Shown here in pieces: positions 1 through 11,146 of a stretch of DNA of 58,640 bases. This DNA comes from Psammoneis japonica (taxonomy: Eukaryota): positions 425,046 through 483,685 of the forward strand of contig QPGO01000051.1 of NCBI GenBank assembly GCA_008632985.1, given 5' to 3'. The notes under the pieces were generated by a model, which saw nothing but the letters and a program-made list of their open reading frames with translations, did not search any database and was not told the DNA's origin. Position 1 is the first letter of the stretch. Each line of letters opens with the position of its first letter. A program made the position numbers and the translations under genes.

Positions 1-99
1 GCTGCCAAAGTGTTCTTTCCATGCCATTGAGTGGGATTTCACTGAGCGCAGAGAGCCACACACTCGCCCTCACCGTGAAGACCTTGGCATTGAAGTCTT

Positions 100-228
100 C
101 TCTGCAGACAGGCCCAAGTCCCGCTCTGGCACTCAACTGTCAGCTTGTGCTCTGCACAAAACCCTCGGACACTGCTTGGCTCCAATTGGTGCCCAGAGGA
201 CTCAGCTGAAGAAAATCTTGCACAAGAT
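100..228 (+). repeat. Dispersed repeat fragment, inverted copy at ~41070-41195
   Basis: gcagacaggcccaagtcccgctctggcactca...ccagaggactcagctgaagaaa matches the reverse complement of 41070-41195 with scattered transitions. Confidence 0.8.
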
Positions 229-374
229 GGCGCAACGCACCAAATTCTGTTGAGAGCATCCAGGTTCCGACCTCAGAGACAACCGCATTTTTCAACTTGG
301 CAAAACGCCGTTGTCTGCGCCATTTTCATCGGGCAGGTTCTTGCTGTTCTGCAGCTCTGTCGTGGCCAGCAAAA

Positions 375-1205
375 TGGCCAAGGGCACAAAATCAAAAAGG
401 ACAAAAAATGTCTGTTGAGGGCGCCAAATCACAAAGAGCACAAACCAGGCAGGGGCACAAAATTGCTGAGGTCACAAAATGGCTGAGGGCGCAAAATGGT
501 GGCTGAGGGCACAAAGCTGCCAAGGGCAAAAAATCAGAAAGGGCCCAAGGTGGCAAAGGGCACAAAACCACAATGGCCAAAAATTGCTGAAGGCACAAAA
601 TCATGAGGGGCACCAAATGCGGCTGAGGGCCCAAAACCAAAAAAGGCACAAAGTGGACAAGGGCACAAAGTCACAAAGGGTGCAAAATGGCAAGGGCACA
701 AAACCACAAAAAGCACAAAATGCTCAAGGGCACAAAACAGCCAAGGGCACAAAAAGGTCAAGGGCACAAAGTCAAGAATTGCGCAACATGGCTGAGGGCC
801 CAAAACCAAAAAAGGCACAAAATGGCCAAGGGCACAAAGTCACAAAGGGCACAAAGTCACAAAGGGTGCAAAATGGCAAGGGCACAAAACCACAAAAAGC
901 ACAAAATGCTCAAGGGCACAAAAAAAGGAAAGGGCACAAAACAGCCAAGGGCACAAAAAGGTCAAGGGCACGAAGTCAAGAATTGCACAACATGGCTGAG
1001 GGCCCAAAGCCAAAAAAGGCACAAAATGGCCAAGGGCACAAAGCCACAAAGGGTGCAAAATGGCCAAGGGCACAAAACCACGAGATGTGGCAAAGTGCTC
1101 AAGGGCACAAAAAAAGGAAAGGGTGCAAAACAGCCAAGGGCACAAAAAGGTCAAGGGCGCAAAGTCAACAATTGCGCGACATGGCTGAGGGCACAAAGCC
1201 TCAAA
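375..1205 (+). repeat. Degenerate satellite built on (a/g)agggcacaaa / ccaagggcacaaaa
   Basis: Dozens of GGGCACAAA cores with 15-25 nt spacing; the K/Q/G-rich ORFs here are repeat translations. Confidence 0.9.
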
Positions 1206-1329
1206 GGTGCCCCCAGCGCCAAACACTTGCGCCGCAAATCTTGTTTGATCAGCGCCCTGCCAGTGGGCTGCGTCTCTTCAGTGCCCCGCTGCAACATGTG
1301 GCGAGATTGTTCTCGATTTAAAGACCACC

Positions 1330-1547
1330 GAAAATGCGAAAATGCAAAAATGCGAAAATGCAAAAATGCGAAAATGCGAAAATGCGAAAAAAAAAAATGC
1401 GAAAATGCAAAAAAAATGCGAAAATGCAAAAAAAATGCGAAAATGCAAAATGCGAAAATGCGAAAATGCGAAAATGCGAAAATGCGAAAATGCGAAAATG
1501 CGAAAATGCGAAAATGCGAAAATGCGAAAATGCGAAAATGCGAAAAT
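1330..1547 (+). repeat. (GCGAAAAT)n 8-mer microsatellite, 5' half degenerate
   Basis: Direct reading; variants gcaaaaat and A-run expansions in the 5' part. Confidence 0.97.
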
Positions 1548-2122
1548 GATGTGACGCACCAAATTCCGTTGAGAGTGTCCAGATTCCGACCTCAGAGACA
1601 ATCGCATTTTTCCATTTGGTGAAACGCCGTTGTCCGTGCTGTTTTGCGTGTTGCTTTGAGCCGCAGAGCCAGAAAACACTCCCAAAAAATTGCCCTGCAG
1701 GGCAAACAAAAGAGCAGCACAGAAAGAGAAACTGTGCGCAAATTGAGCGGTTGCAAACATGTGAAGCCTCAGCAAAATACACAGCACGAATGGCAGCGCA
1801 TGAGGTCGGCTGCGATGCAACAGAAGCGACGTTGTCAATGCGAACCTTCGGCAAGAATTTTTGCCATGATCTGCCCATGCGGGCCTTGACGTTCTCGAGC
1901 TTGTCTCACAGAAGATGATGTGACAGCGCCAAGCTCCATTGAGAGCATCCAGGTTCCGACCTCAGAGATGACTGCATTTTTCAGTTTGGCAAAACGCCGT
2001 TGTCCGCGCCACTTTGCGTGTCATTTTGAGCCGCGAGCCAGAGAACACTCCAAAAAACTGCTCTGCAGGGCAAAGTGCACTGAGTCTGCATGGATTTGGG
2101 TTGTTCCAGGCCACGTGGAAAG

Positions 2123-3312
2123 CCCAGTTTGGTTTCACTGTGCAGCTTCTCAAAGCTCCCCGGGATCACCACCTTTTGCCCTGTTTTTCCGTGGGAAGGG
2201 TGAGCTCCCGGGGAGCCGCCACGAATTTCCGTTCGTTGCGTGTGTGCTTGACACGCGAACAAAAAACAACACATTGGCAATTCCCTGTGCTTCCCTTCTC
2301 GCACATTTCCGCACGTTCTGCGCACCGGCATGTGCGGAGCCACACACCAGACGCGCAACAATCAACCATCGACCGACGACCCCAGCCAAAAATGGGCAAC
2401 ACGCCATGGAGCGTTCGCATCCCATCCACGACGGCTCTTGTCAAACAAAAATGACACCAGCCAATCCAGTGAGTGAGATTGCGGTCGACAGTGTAAAACA
2501 AAAATGAGCAGAAGTGTGGCAGATGATGTTGAGCAGAAAACCAGCGCATTGATCGTTGCACTCATTTTTCTTTCCTGCGGTCACAAATGTGAGCCATGCG
2601 GCGTTTGTGGCAAAGTTCAAGGCAAAAGTGGAGCCGCACATGGCTGACAAAAATGCGGCGGATTGAATGGTCATGGTTTTTGTTTCAACTGACACGCCTC
2701 ACATGCAGAATGAAGCGGATCGTTTGGAATCACTCCGTTGTCGTGCAGCCACAAATGCAAACCATGAGGCATCTGGAGCGAAGGCTGAGGCAAAAGCAGA
2801 GCCTCACAAGGTCAGTGAAAATGTGGCGGATTGATCAACAATGTTCGTTCTTCCCTTTGACCTGTCTCATGCACAGAATGCAGTGCATCATTTTTTCCTT
2901 CTTGTGTCGTGTGGTCACAAATGCAAACCACAACGGCTCCAGAGCAAAGGCCAAGGCAAAAACAGAGCCACATGTGAGCAGTGTCAACATGTGTGATTTA
3001 ATGGCGAAGCTCATTCTTCCCTTGCTCTGCCACAAGGGGGCGCTTTGTGTCGATTTGTCGATGCACCCGTCATGGTCATGCATCTTTTTTTCCGTGCGCC
3101 GGTCACCACGAGGATGAAAGCACATCCGCCTGTCCACAATTGCCGCACATCACCACACTCCATTCGTTTTTTGTTCCCCTCCCCTGAGCCCTTTTGGTCG
3201 TTCCTTCCCGCCAAATTGCCCTCATTTCACGGGAATTCCCCAAAAGGGCAAGGCAATTCCCCCTTGCCCTTGCCATTTTGGGGAATCCCCAAAAGGGCAA
3301 AACCAAACCAAG
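2123..3312. mobile_element. Non-autonomous DNA transposon (1190 bp), ~16-bp imperfect TIRs, 8-bp TSD GTGGAAAG
   Basis: TSD at 2115-2122 and 3313-3320; left end cccagtttggtttcac vs reverse complement of right end cttggtttggttttgc; empty paralogous sites ccacgtagaaagtgagc at ~9815 and ~12904 and cacgaagaaagtgagc at 11701. Confidence 0.85.
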
Positions 3313-4476
3313 GTGGAAAGTGAACGGGCCAAAAACTCCGGCGGACCCACTCAAACACATTCAACAACTGACTGACAACAGATCGGTTGACTGGTTTCCC
3401 AAAGCGCCGCTTGTGTTGTGCCCTTCCCCAGCTGCTCTCCAGCTGGCGCCATGGAATGCAGTCGCTCAATTTAGATTGTGTCTGCAACGTCATTTGCAAC
3501 AAACGTGGCTGCCGCTTTTCACACGTTGTCCGCCAAACAGGTTTTGGCCCCAGCTCATGTGTCTCAGCACAACCCGCCACGTGGCTTTCCTCATCCCCCA
3601 ACCCACTGCCCCCCTCCTCCACTTTCCTGTCACGCTCTGCCACAATCTTCTTGCAAAAATCCTCCCTCTTGCGTTTCCTGGGTGCACTCCCTCCCGCATC
3701 TCCGTTCTTGGAGTTCCCTGTCGTGAAGTGCTCCAGGCATCTCGCGCACTTTCGTGCAAACAAGCCACATGTTCCCAGGTTGCAAACTGCCCCACAGCCA
3801 AAAGAAGCAATCTTTGCCTTTGGAGTCACCATGATGCGCTGGTCTGCCAAATCAAACTCAGCATCGCCATGGACAGTGGGGGAGAAATGTTGTCAAAACT
3901 GCACGATGATGTGTCTGAGCTCTTGAGAGCTCACCCAGCTCAAGACGTCATGGCTCCAAGTCGCCGTGTTTGTCTTGAACTCTTCCTGATGCTGTGTCTG
4001 TGACTTGGCTTCGTCGCTGAATTGCCGTGGCCACCGCACTTTAGAGATGACGTTCCAGACAAGAAAAAGTGTCTCTGGGGTGCCTCATGACAACAGAGGC
4101 CCCACAGAACAAAAGAGCAGCGCAGAAAGAGAAATTGCACGTAAATTGAACGACTGCAAACACATGAAGCCTCGACAAAACACACAGCACAAATGGCAGC
4201 GCATGAGGTTGGTCGTGAAGCAACAGAAGCGACGTTGTCAATGCGAACCTTCAGCAAGAATTTTTGCCACAATCTGCCCATGTGAGCCTGGATGCTCTTG
4301 AGCTCATCTCGCACAAGATCACACAACGAACCGAGTTCTGTTGAGAGCATCCAGGTTCCGACCTCAGAGACAATCGCATTTTTCAACTTGGCAAAACGCC
4401 ATTGTCCGCACCATTTTGCGTGTCATTTTGAGCCGCGAGCCAGAGAACACTCCCAAAAACTGTTCTGCAGGGCAAA

Positions 4477-4908
4477 TGCCCCATGCATGCACTGGGCGCT
4501 GAAAAAGAAGATGTGTTGCGACTTTGTCGTTGTGAAAATTATGAGCCAGTTTAGAGCAGAGAAAATGGGATCGTGCAAATGGGGGATCTTGCCAAATCCC
4601 TGTTCGTTCGCATTTGGATCACATTAAATCGATCGTGCACTCGCATCATGGATCGTGCGAATCAAGCCATCACGTGCCATGCATGAGTGATGTCATCGTG
4701 TGGAATCACGCTGTCATCGTGGGCCAGACGACGGGCCAGTGTGCCCCACACGGACGCTCTCTCAGCATCCTTCTGGAATTGCCTGAGACCCAGAGCCACG
4801 CCCTCCTGTGGTCGTGCTTCCCAGGTGCGTGTTGACAACACTGCGTTGCCACGTGCAAGAGGCTTGTGCACGGTCTCGCCGTGTTGTCCAGTGGCGAGGC
4901 ATGCTGCA
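4477..4908 (-). repeat. 3' LTR of gypsy element
   Basis: Colinear with 9343-9774 (offset 4866); preceded on the minus strand by a polypurine tract. Confidence 0.95.
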
Positions 4909-4918
4909 CACTCCCCCA
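4909..4918 (-). other. Polypurine tract of gypsy element
   Basis: Minus strand TGGGGGAGTG directly abuts the 3' LTR. Confidence 0.8.
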
Positions 4919-4949
4919 TGATCAGGGCCGCCAAGTGACAGAATGTCTT

Positions 4950-6780
4950 GCTGGTGACAGGGCACAATCTGCCGTAGATTGCACGTGTCTGTCAGCGCTC
5001 CATTCTGGACATGCAACGTGCCGTTGTCACACACACGGACAACTCTGGCGGGTCCTGCACAGCTGTCAGAACCGCGTTTGGAGGATTGTTCCTGTTTGAC
5101 AAGTGCCAATTGCCCTGCGGCATGTTGATGCTCCTTGCGTTTCTGATTTTCACGCTTGTTGTTCAAGTGGACAAGCTTCTGCTTTCTGGTTTCTATGTGC
5201 TTCCACTCAGCACAATGGGCAATGGATGAAACCGCATCGCGTCCGAAGACCAATTGCGTGGGACTTGCACGCATGGTCATGTGTGCCGCAGCTCCAATGG
5301 CGAAGGCCACTGCGGAGAGGATGCCACTCCATGGGTCATCTTCGTCCAGTTCCACACCCTGCACTGAAAAGGAACGTGCCATGTTGCCAAGTGTCTGGTG
5401 CACACATTCCACTGTGGCATTTGCCTGTGGATTCCATTTGCTTGTGGGTTTCTTCAAAATCCCACAGTCATTTTTAATCATCTGGCTAAATTCTGCCACA
5501 AATTCTGTTCCACGGTCATAAACTGCCTGGGTTGGCCACGGATGTCTGCATGGCCACGTTTGTTCCACGACGTTTGCTGCGACGTCTGCGCGTTTCGCAG
5601 ACACTTCTTTAATCTCGAACTGCCCGGTTGCTGGGTCAATCATTGTGACTGCCCACAATTGCAAGGTGTCCTTTCCGCGTCTTTGAATTTTGTGTGGCCC
5701 CATCATGTCCATGCATGGAGTCTCCCATGGAATTATCTCTGCGACCTTTTCTGGTGGCTTCCCATGATGCTGCGTTCGGCGTTTTGTCTTCTGGCATCGA
5801 TCGCACTTAACGCACGTAGAATGCACCGCAGACCTCACACTGGGCCAATGGAAGTGCTGGGCAATGGACATTTCCGTGCGTGTCTCACCTGGATGACACA
5901 GTGTCTCGTGGCGCCATTCAGTCAGCGGAACCTGCAATGACTGTGGTGCTGCGATTTTGTCCTTATGACAGATTAACTGTTGTGATGACCCTCCCCCACG
6001 ATGCGCGCGAATGGAGCAGTCGGGCGAGTCCCCAGCTCTTGAGAGCAGGCGCTTGTCCTTTTGTTGTGCTTTTTGAATGCGCTTGAAGCTAACAGGCAGA
6101 GACAGCTCATCTTGCACGTCTGCATTAAAAGCTTCATGCAAAGGACGACTCGATGGAGTGTCTTTTACATCCGGATTAGCCTCGGAAGGCAAGCTGGGTG
6201 CCAGTCGAAGGCAACCAAGAGCGTCAGCGACTGGGTTGTGGGCACCCTTGACACAGCGTAATTCGGGACCGTGTTCTTCACATGTTGGCCGCCAGCGCAT
6301 GACGCGCTCGGCATTGAACACTTTGTGCGCAAGATTTTTATGATCAGCAAATGTGACCACACGATGACCAAGGAGAATCGTTCGAAATTCTTTCAACGTC
6401 TCCACAATGGCGAGCAATTCTCTCTCCGTTGTTGCATGATTTAATTGCGCATTGTCAAGCTTTCTGCTGTAAAAGGCGACAGGTTCATTGTCTTGGGATG
6501 TGACTGCTCCCAATTGACATTTAGAGGCATCGGCATGCATCTCAAAGGGTTCATTAAAATCAGGATGTGACAACAAAACATCATCCGACATTGCCCGTTT
6601 GACGGTTTCGAACGCCTCGTCTTCAACGGACGTCCACTCCCACTTGACAGTCTCGCTTGCGAGTCGTGTCAGCGGAGCCAAGACTTCAGAATGTCTAATC
6701 CACGTGTCGCGGCAGTGGCCCCACCATGCCAACAAATGAACGCAGGTCGCGTTTGTTGGTTGGGGTCGCGATTCGCTCAA
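4950..6780 (-). pseudogene. pol: Gypsy pol: RNase H + integrase (decayed)
   Basis: HADASKCQLGAV, PVAFYSRKL, ERELLAIVETLKEFR (RNase H); H-x3-H...C-x2-C zinc finger (HETLCHPG...CVKCDRC); DRGTEF and NPQANATVE integrase core. Confidence 0.95.
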
Positions 6781-7500
6781 TGGCGTCGACTTTATCAGGT
6801 GTTGGTCGCATTCTGTCTCTGTTGACCAGATGACCCAAGCACTCTAATTGGGTTTGACAGAAGTGAGATTTAGTTGCGTTGACTTTTAGTCCTGCTTTCT
6901 GGACCCTCAATGAAACTTCTTCAAGTTTGTTGAGGTGATCTTCACAGGTGCCTTTCGTCACGACGAGAAGGTCATCTAAGTGCGTTCGAACGAACGACAG
7001 ATCTTCAAATGAGCCTGACATGCGTTCTTGGAAAATGTCTGGCGAGTTGCACAATCCCATGGGCAACACCTGCATCTCATGCTTGCCCCACGGGAAGATG
7101 AGCGTGCAGAGCTTCTTGCTGTCAGCATCCAATCGGACATGACAATGGCCCACATTTAAATCCAGCGATGTGGCCCACACAAAGCCTTCGAGCTTGAGCA
7201 GCATGTCTTGGACATGAGGAATCGGATGAGGCAATCGCTTGATCCGTTTGTTCAGCTCTCTCAAATCATCAACAAAGCGCACCGTAAATCTTTCTTCGGC
7301 ATGACAAATGATGGAGCTGCCCATTGGGATCGGTCAACGCGTTTGAGAACACCGACAGATGCGCACCAGGCGTTCTACTTCTTTGCGCAGCGCAGCTTCG
7401 CACGCACGAGGTGCTTCACACGGACGAGCGTGGCATGGTTCTACACCCTCCTTGAGTTGGGTGTGGCAGGGTTCTCCCTTCCATTCTCCCAATGTCCCAT
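6695..7500 (-). pseudogene. pol: Gypsy reverse transcriptase (frameshifted, YLDD->HLDD)
   Basis: VRFVDDLRELNKRIKRLPHPIP, LDLNVGHCH, LPMGLCNSPDIFQ, RTHLDDLLV, ECLGH. Confidence 0.95.
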
Positions 7501-7521
7501 CAAATGAGGACTCATGGCGTT

Positions 7522-8172
7522 TCAACAGCGCCAAAAGGTCGTTTTGTTGAACTGCAGAAAGACCCATTGCCCCTCGCTTATGTCCTCGAGGCAGGCCGGC
7601 GCGTGCTTGGCGTCCAAAATGCGCGAAATCCGGTCGGTTTCCGAAGACAAGGCTTCTGGATCTTGAAGATAGAAGGAGGTTTCCACCGTGGCATCTGCGT
7701 GCCTCATTGGCACTTCTCCATTGACTGATGGCCACTCTGTCATCTGTTTGGAGAAGACAACATTAATGCCTTGCGTCTCCAGAATGTCACGTCCAACAAT
7801 CACATCGCACTTGCCCAACTTTCCGTTGTGTGCGTGGACGGCATGCTTGAGTTCTGCAGTTTCGGACAATTCTGGCAACCAAAATTTAACGGCACAGTCG
7901 TCAGACGTGCCAAACGAGCCTGCTGCCGCAGCCCAGTTTGTCTCAGCCATTGAATGGCTTCGCAGACGTTTGCAGTGTCGACTGTCAAGTAGAGTGCTGC
8001 TGGCGCCACCATCCAGCAGTGCCTCAACAGTTTGAGTCTTGCCCTTGCCATGTTCAGCATTCATGGCCACAAACAAGATTGGAGCAAGATGAGTCTTTTT
8101 AACTCGTTTGCGGGATTGGCCTGCAACACGTGTACAATGGCAGTTCAGTTGTTCATTTGTACATTCATCCAA
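7522..8172 (-). pseudogene. Gypsy aspartic protease region
   Basis: ALLDGGASSTL (degenerate D-S-G-A) and DVIVGRDIL flap/end motif. Confidence 0.85.
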
Positions 8173-8208
8173 TGTGTCAAAACTGCCTGTGTCGTGTCGG
8201 CCCCCTTC

Positions 8209-9281
8209 TCAGGCGTCCGAATCTTCGGAATCACCCAAGTTGAGGTCGCGGAAGTGATTGAGCTCCTCCTCGTGGGCCTTGCGCTTTTTCTGAGCGTTGG
8301 CAAAGAACTCCTCGACCTTCGATCCGATGAGAGCATTGACATCTTCCTCATTCCGAGGTTTTGCATTTGGCTTGCCGCCTCCGTCATTGGAATGTCCAGT
8401 CTTGACACGTTTCACGTGGTGCTTGAGCTGACGGCAATCCTCCGTGTGATGTCCACAGTTGGTCCCGTGCAGCATGCACGACTTCTGGGTGTTCCGTTGG
8501 GTCGTGATCAACGACTCAGGATTGTCCGTTCTACGTCCCCGCTTGCGTGGAACCTCAGCATGTTGGTCCTGGTTACCTTCGGCAAGCTCGACCTGCTCGA
8601 TGCGCTCGCAGAACTGTGCAAATTTGGCGACAGTGTGCGCCAGCGGGTCAAAATTCTGCAGCGTCATGAACTTCTGCCATGCGTTCGGCACACCGCACTC
8701 GAACATGTCGCACAGTTCATCATTGGGTGATGGTGCCGGTGTTTCTCCATCCTCCGTCACGGGTGGAAACTGAGAGATGCAGCCGTTAATTTCAACAGCC
8801 CTCACGACGTGGTCACGAGCAGAAACCTCTGCGGGCTTGCGCATGAAGCATGCAGATGACGCTTCTGCAACAGTGCCGCCCCATGTGGGAAGATGCTTTC
8901 CTTTAGCTTCGCGACACATGCTGCGTGCGTGCGTGAGTTTGGGATGCCTGCTTGTCAGCGGCATTGTCAAATGACGTCAGAGCATCGCCCTGTGGCAGGT
9001 CACGCACAAGGGCAAATTTCCTGGCCCGGTCGTGATGTTTTGTCCTTCGTGCACGCGATCCACGTTGCGCAGAAAGATTGGGAGTGTCTCGCATGTGGCC
9101 GCAGAAAGGTGCGGAATGCCCATCTCGTGCGTTGGACCATCCGGATCAGCGGGGTTGTACGCAGCTTGAACGTCTGGCACTCGCCCTGCTGCAACTCTTT
9201 CTTCTCCGGCCGTGCAAACGGAATCGGCGGCTCAATCCGCTTCTTCATGGTCGTTTTAAGATTTGTCGGTCCTGCCAACAT
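8209..9281 (-). pseudogene. gag: Gypsy gag (frameshifted)
   Basis: Position between 5' LTR and protease; CMLHGTNCGHHTEDC zinc-knuckle-like motif; split over ORFs 9000-9281, 8977-9180, 8209-8970. Confidence 0.8.
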
Positions 9282-9331
9282 TTCGTAGTTTCGTTTCTGC
9301 AGATTTCGTCACCTCGCACAACATGCGGGAG

Positions 9332-9341
9332 TGACATCACT
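9332..9341 (-). other. Primer-binding site complementary to the element's own LTR (self-priming type)
   Basis: tgacatcact (9332-9341) is the exact reverse complement of agtgatgtca (9552-9561) inside the 5' LTR; no TGG tRNA-type PBS. Confidence 0.65.
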
Positions 9342-9342
9342 G

Positions 9343-9774
9343 TGCCCCATGCATGCACTGGGCGCTGAAAAAGAAGATGTGTTGCGACTTTGTCGTTGTG
9401 AAAATTGTGAGCCAGTTTAGAGCAGAGAAAATGGGATCGTGCGAATGGGGGATCTTGCCAAATCCCCATTCGTTCGCATTTGGATCGCATCAAATCGATC
9501 GTGCGCTCGCATTGTGGATCGTGCGAATCAAGCCATCACGCGCCATGCACGAGTGATGTCATCGTGTGGAATCACGCCATCATCGTGGGCCAGACGACGG
9601 GCTGGTGTGCTTCACACGGACGCTCTCTTGGCATCCTTCTGGAGTTGCCTGAGACCTGGAGCCACGCCCTCCTGTGGTCGTGCTTCCCAGGTGCGTGTTG
9701 ACAATGCTGCGTTGCCACGTACAAGAGGCTTGTGCACGGTCTCGCCGTGTTGTCCAGCAGCGAGGCACACTGCA
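9343..9774 (-). repeat. 5' LTR of gypsy element
   Basis: Colinear with 4477-4908. Confidence 0.95.
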
Positions 9775-10279
9775 CAAAGTGTGCTGAGCCCACACAGATT
9801 TGGGTTGCACCAGGCCACGTAGAAAGTGAGCGGGCCAAAAACTCCGGCGCACCCACTCAAACACATTCAACAACTGGCTGACAACAGATCGGTTGACTGG
9901 CTTCCCAAAGCGCCACTTGTGTCATGCCCTTCCCCGGCTGCTCTCCGGCTGGTGCCGTGGAGTGCAGTCACTCAATTTAGATTGTGCCTGCAACGTCATT
10001 TGCAACAAACGTGACTGCCACTTTTCACACATTGTCTGCCAAACAGGTGTTGGCTCCAGCTCATGTGTCTGGGTCCACCCCCCCACGCGGCTTTCCTCAC
10101 CCCCCAACCCATTGCCCCCCTCCTCCACTTTCCTGCCGCGCTCTGCCACAATCTTCCTGCAAAAATCCTCCCTCTTCCCTGCCATGAAGTGCTCCAGGCA
10201 TCTCGCGCACTTTCTCTCCTTTGCCCCACGTTCTTCATCAGGCAGGTTCTTGTTGTTCTGCAGCTCTGTCGTGACCAGC

Positions 10280-10740
10280 AAAATGGCCAAGGGCACAAAA
10301 TCAAAAAGGACAAAAAATGTCTGTTGAGGGCGCCAAATCACGAAGAGCACAAACCAGGCAGTGGCACAAAGTTGCTGAGGTCACAAAATGGCTGAGGGCG
10401 CAAAATGGTGGCTGAGGGCACAAAGCTGCCAAGGGCAAAAAATCAGAAAGGGCCCAAGGTGGCAAAGGGCACAAAACCACAATGGCCAAAAATTGCTGAA
10501 GGCACAAAATCAGGAGGGGCGCCAAATGCGGCTGAGGGCCCAAAGCCAAACAAGGCACAAAATGGCCAAGGGCACAAAGCCACAAAGGGCACAAAATGGC
10601 CAAGGGCACAAAGCTGCGAGATGGGGCAAAGTGCTCAAGGGCACAAAAAAAGGAAAGGGCGCAAAACAGCCAAGGGCACAAAAAGGTCAAGGGCACAAAA
10701 CCAAGAATTGCGCAACACGGCTGAGGGCACAAAGCCTCAA
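10280..10740 (+). repeat. GGGCACAAA satellite, second block
   Basis: Colinear with 375-1205 but shorter. Confidence 0.9.
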
Positions 10741-10874
10741 AGGTGCCCCCAGTGCCAAACACTTGCGCCGCAAATCTTGTTTGATCAGCGCCCTGCCAGT
10801 GGGCTGTGTCTCTTCAGTGCCCCCCCCGCAACATGTGGCGAGATTGTTCTCGATTTGAAGACCGCCTTTGGAGT

Positions 10875-11146
10875 GAAAATGCGAAAATGCGAAAATGCGA
10901 AAATGCGAAAATGCGAAAATGCGAAAATGCGAAAATGCGAAAATGCGAAAATGCGAAAATGCGAAAATGCGAAAATGCGAAAATGCGAAAATGCGAAAAT
11001 GCGAAAATGCGAAAATGCGAAAATGCGAAAATGCGAAAATGCGAAAATGCGAAAATGCGAAAATGCGAAAATGCGAAAATGCGAAAATGCGAAAATGCGA
11101 AAATGCGAAAATGCGAAAATGCGAAAATGCGAAAATGCGAAAATGC
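10875..11146 (+). repeat. Perfect (GAAAATGC)n microsatellite, ~34 units
   Basis: Direct reading, no interruptions seen. Confidence 0.98.

Larger units (their letters stand above)
4477..9774 (-). mobile_element. Full-length decayed Ty3/gypsy LTR retrotransposon, 432-bp LTRs, 4-bp TSD CAAA
   Basis: LTRs 4477-4908 and 9343-9774 with TG...CA ends; CAAA at 4473-4476 and 9775-9778; empty site ctgcagggcaaagcgtgctgagcc at ~12856; domain order gag-PR-RT-RH-IN. Confidence 0.97.

Noticed and set aside
479..1622. K/Q/G-rich histone-H1-like or repeat proteins
   Set aside because: Translations of the GGGCACAAA and 8-mer satellites in several frames.
1330..11146. Telomeric repeat interpretation of (GCGAAAAT)n
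   Set aside because: Internal, embedded at the same position of each macro-unit, and lacks a G-run telomere motif.
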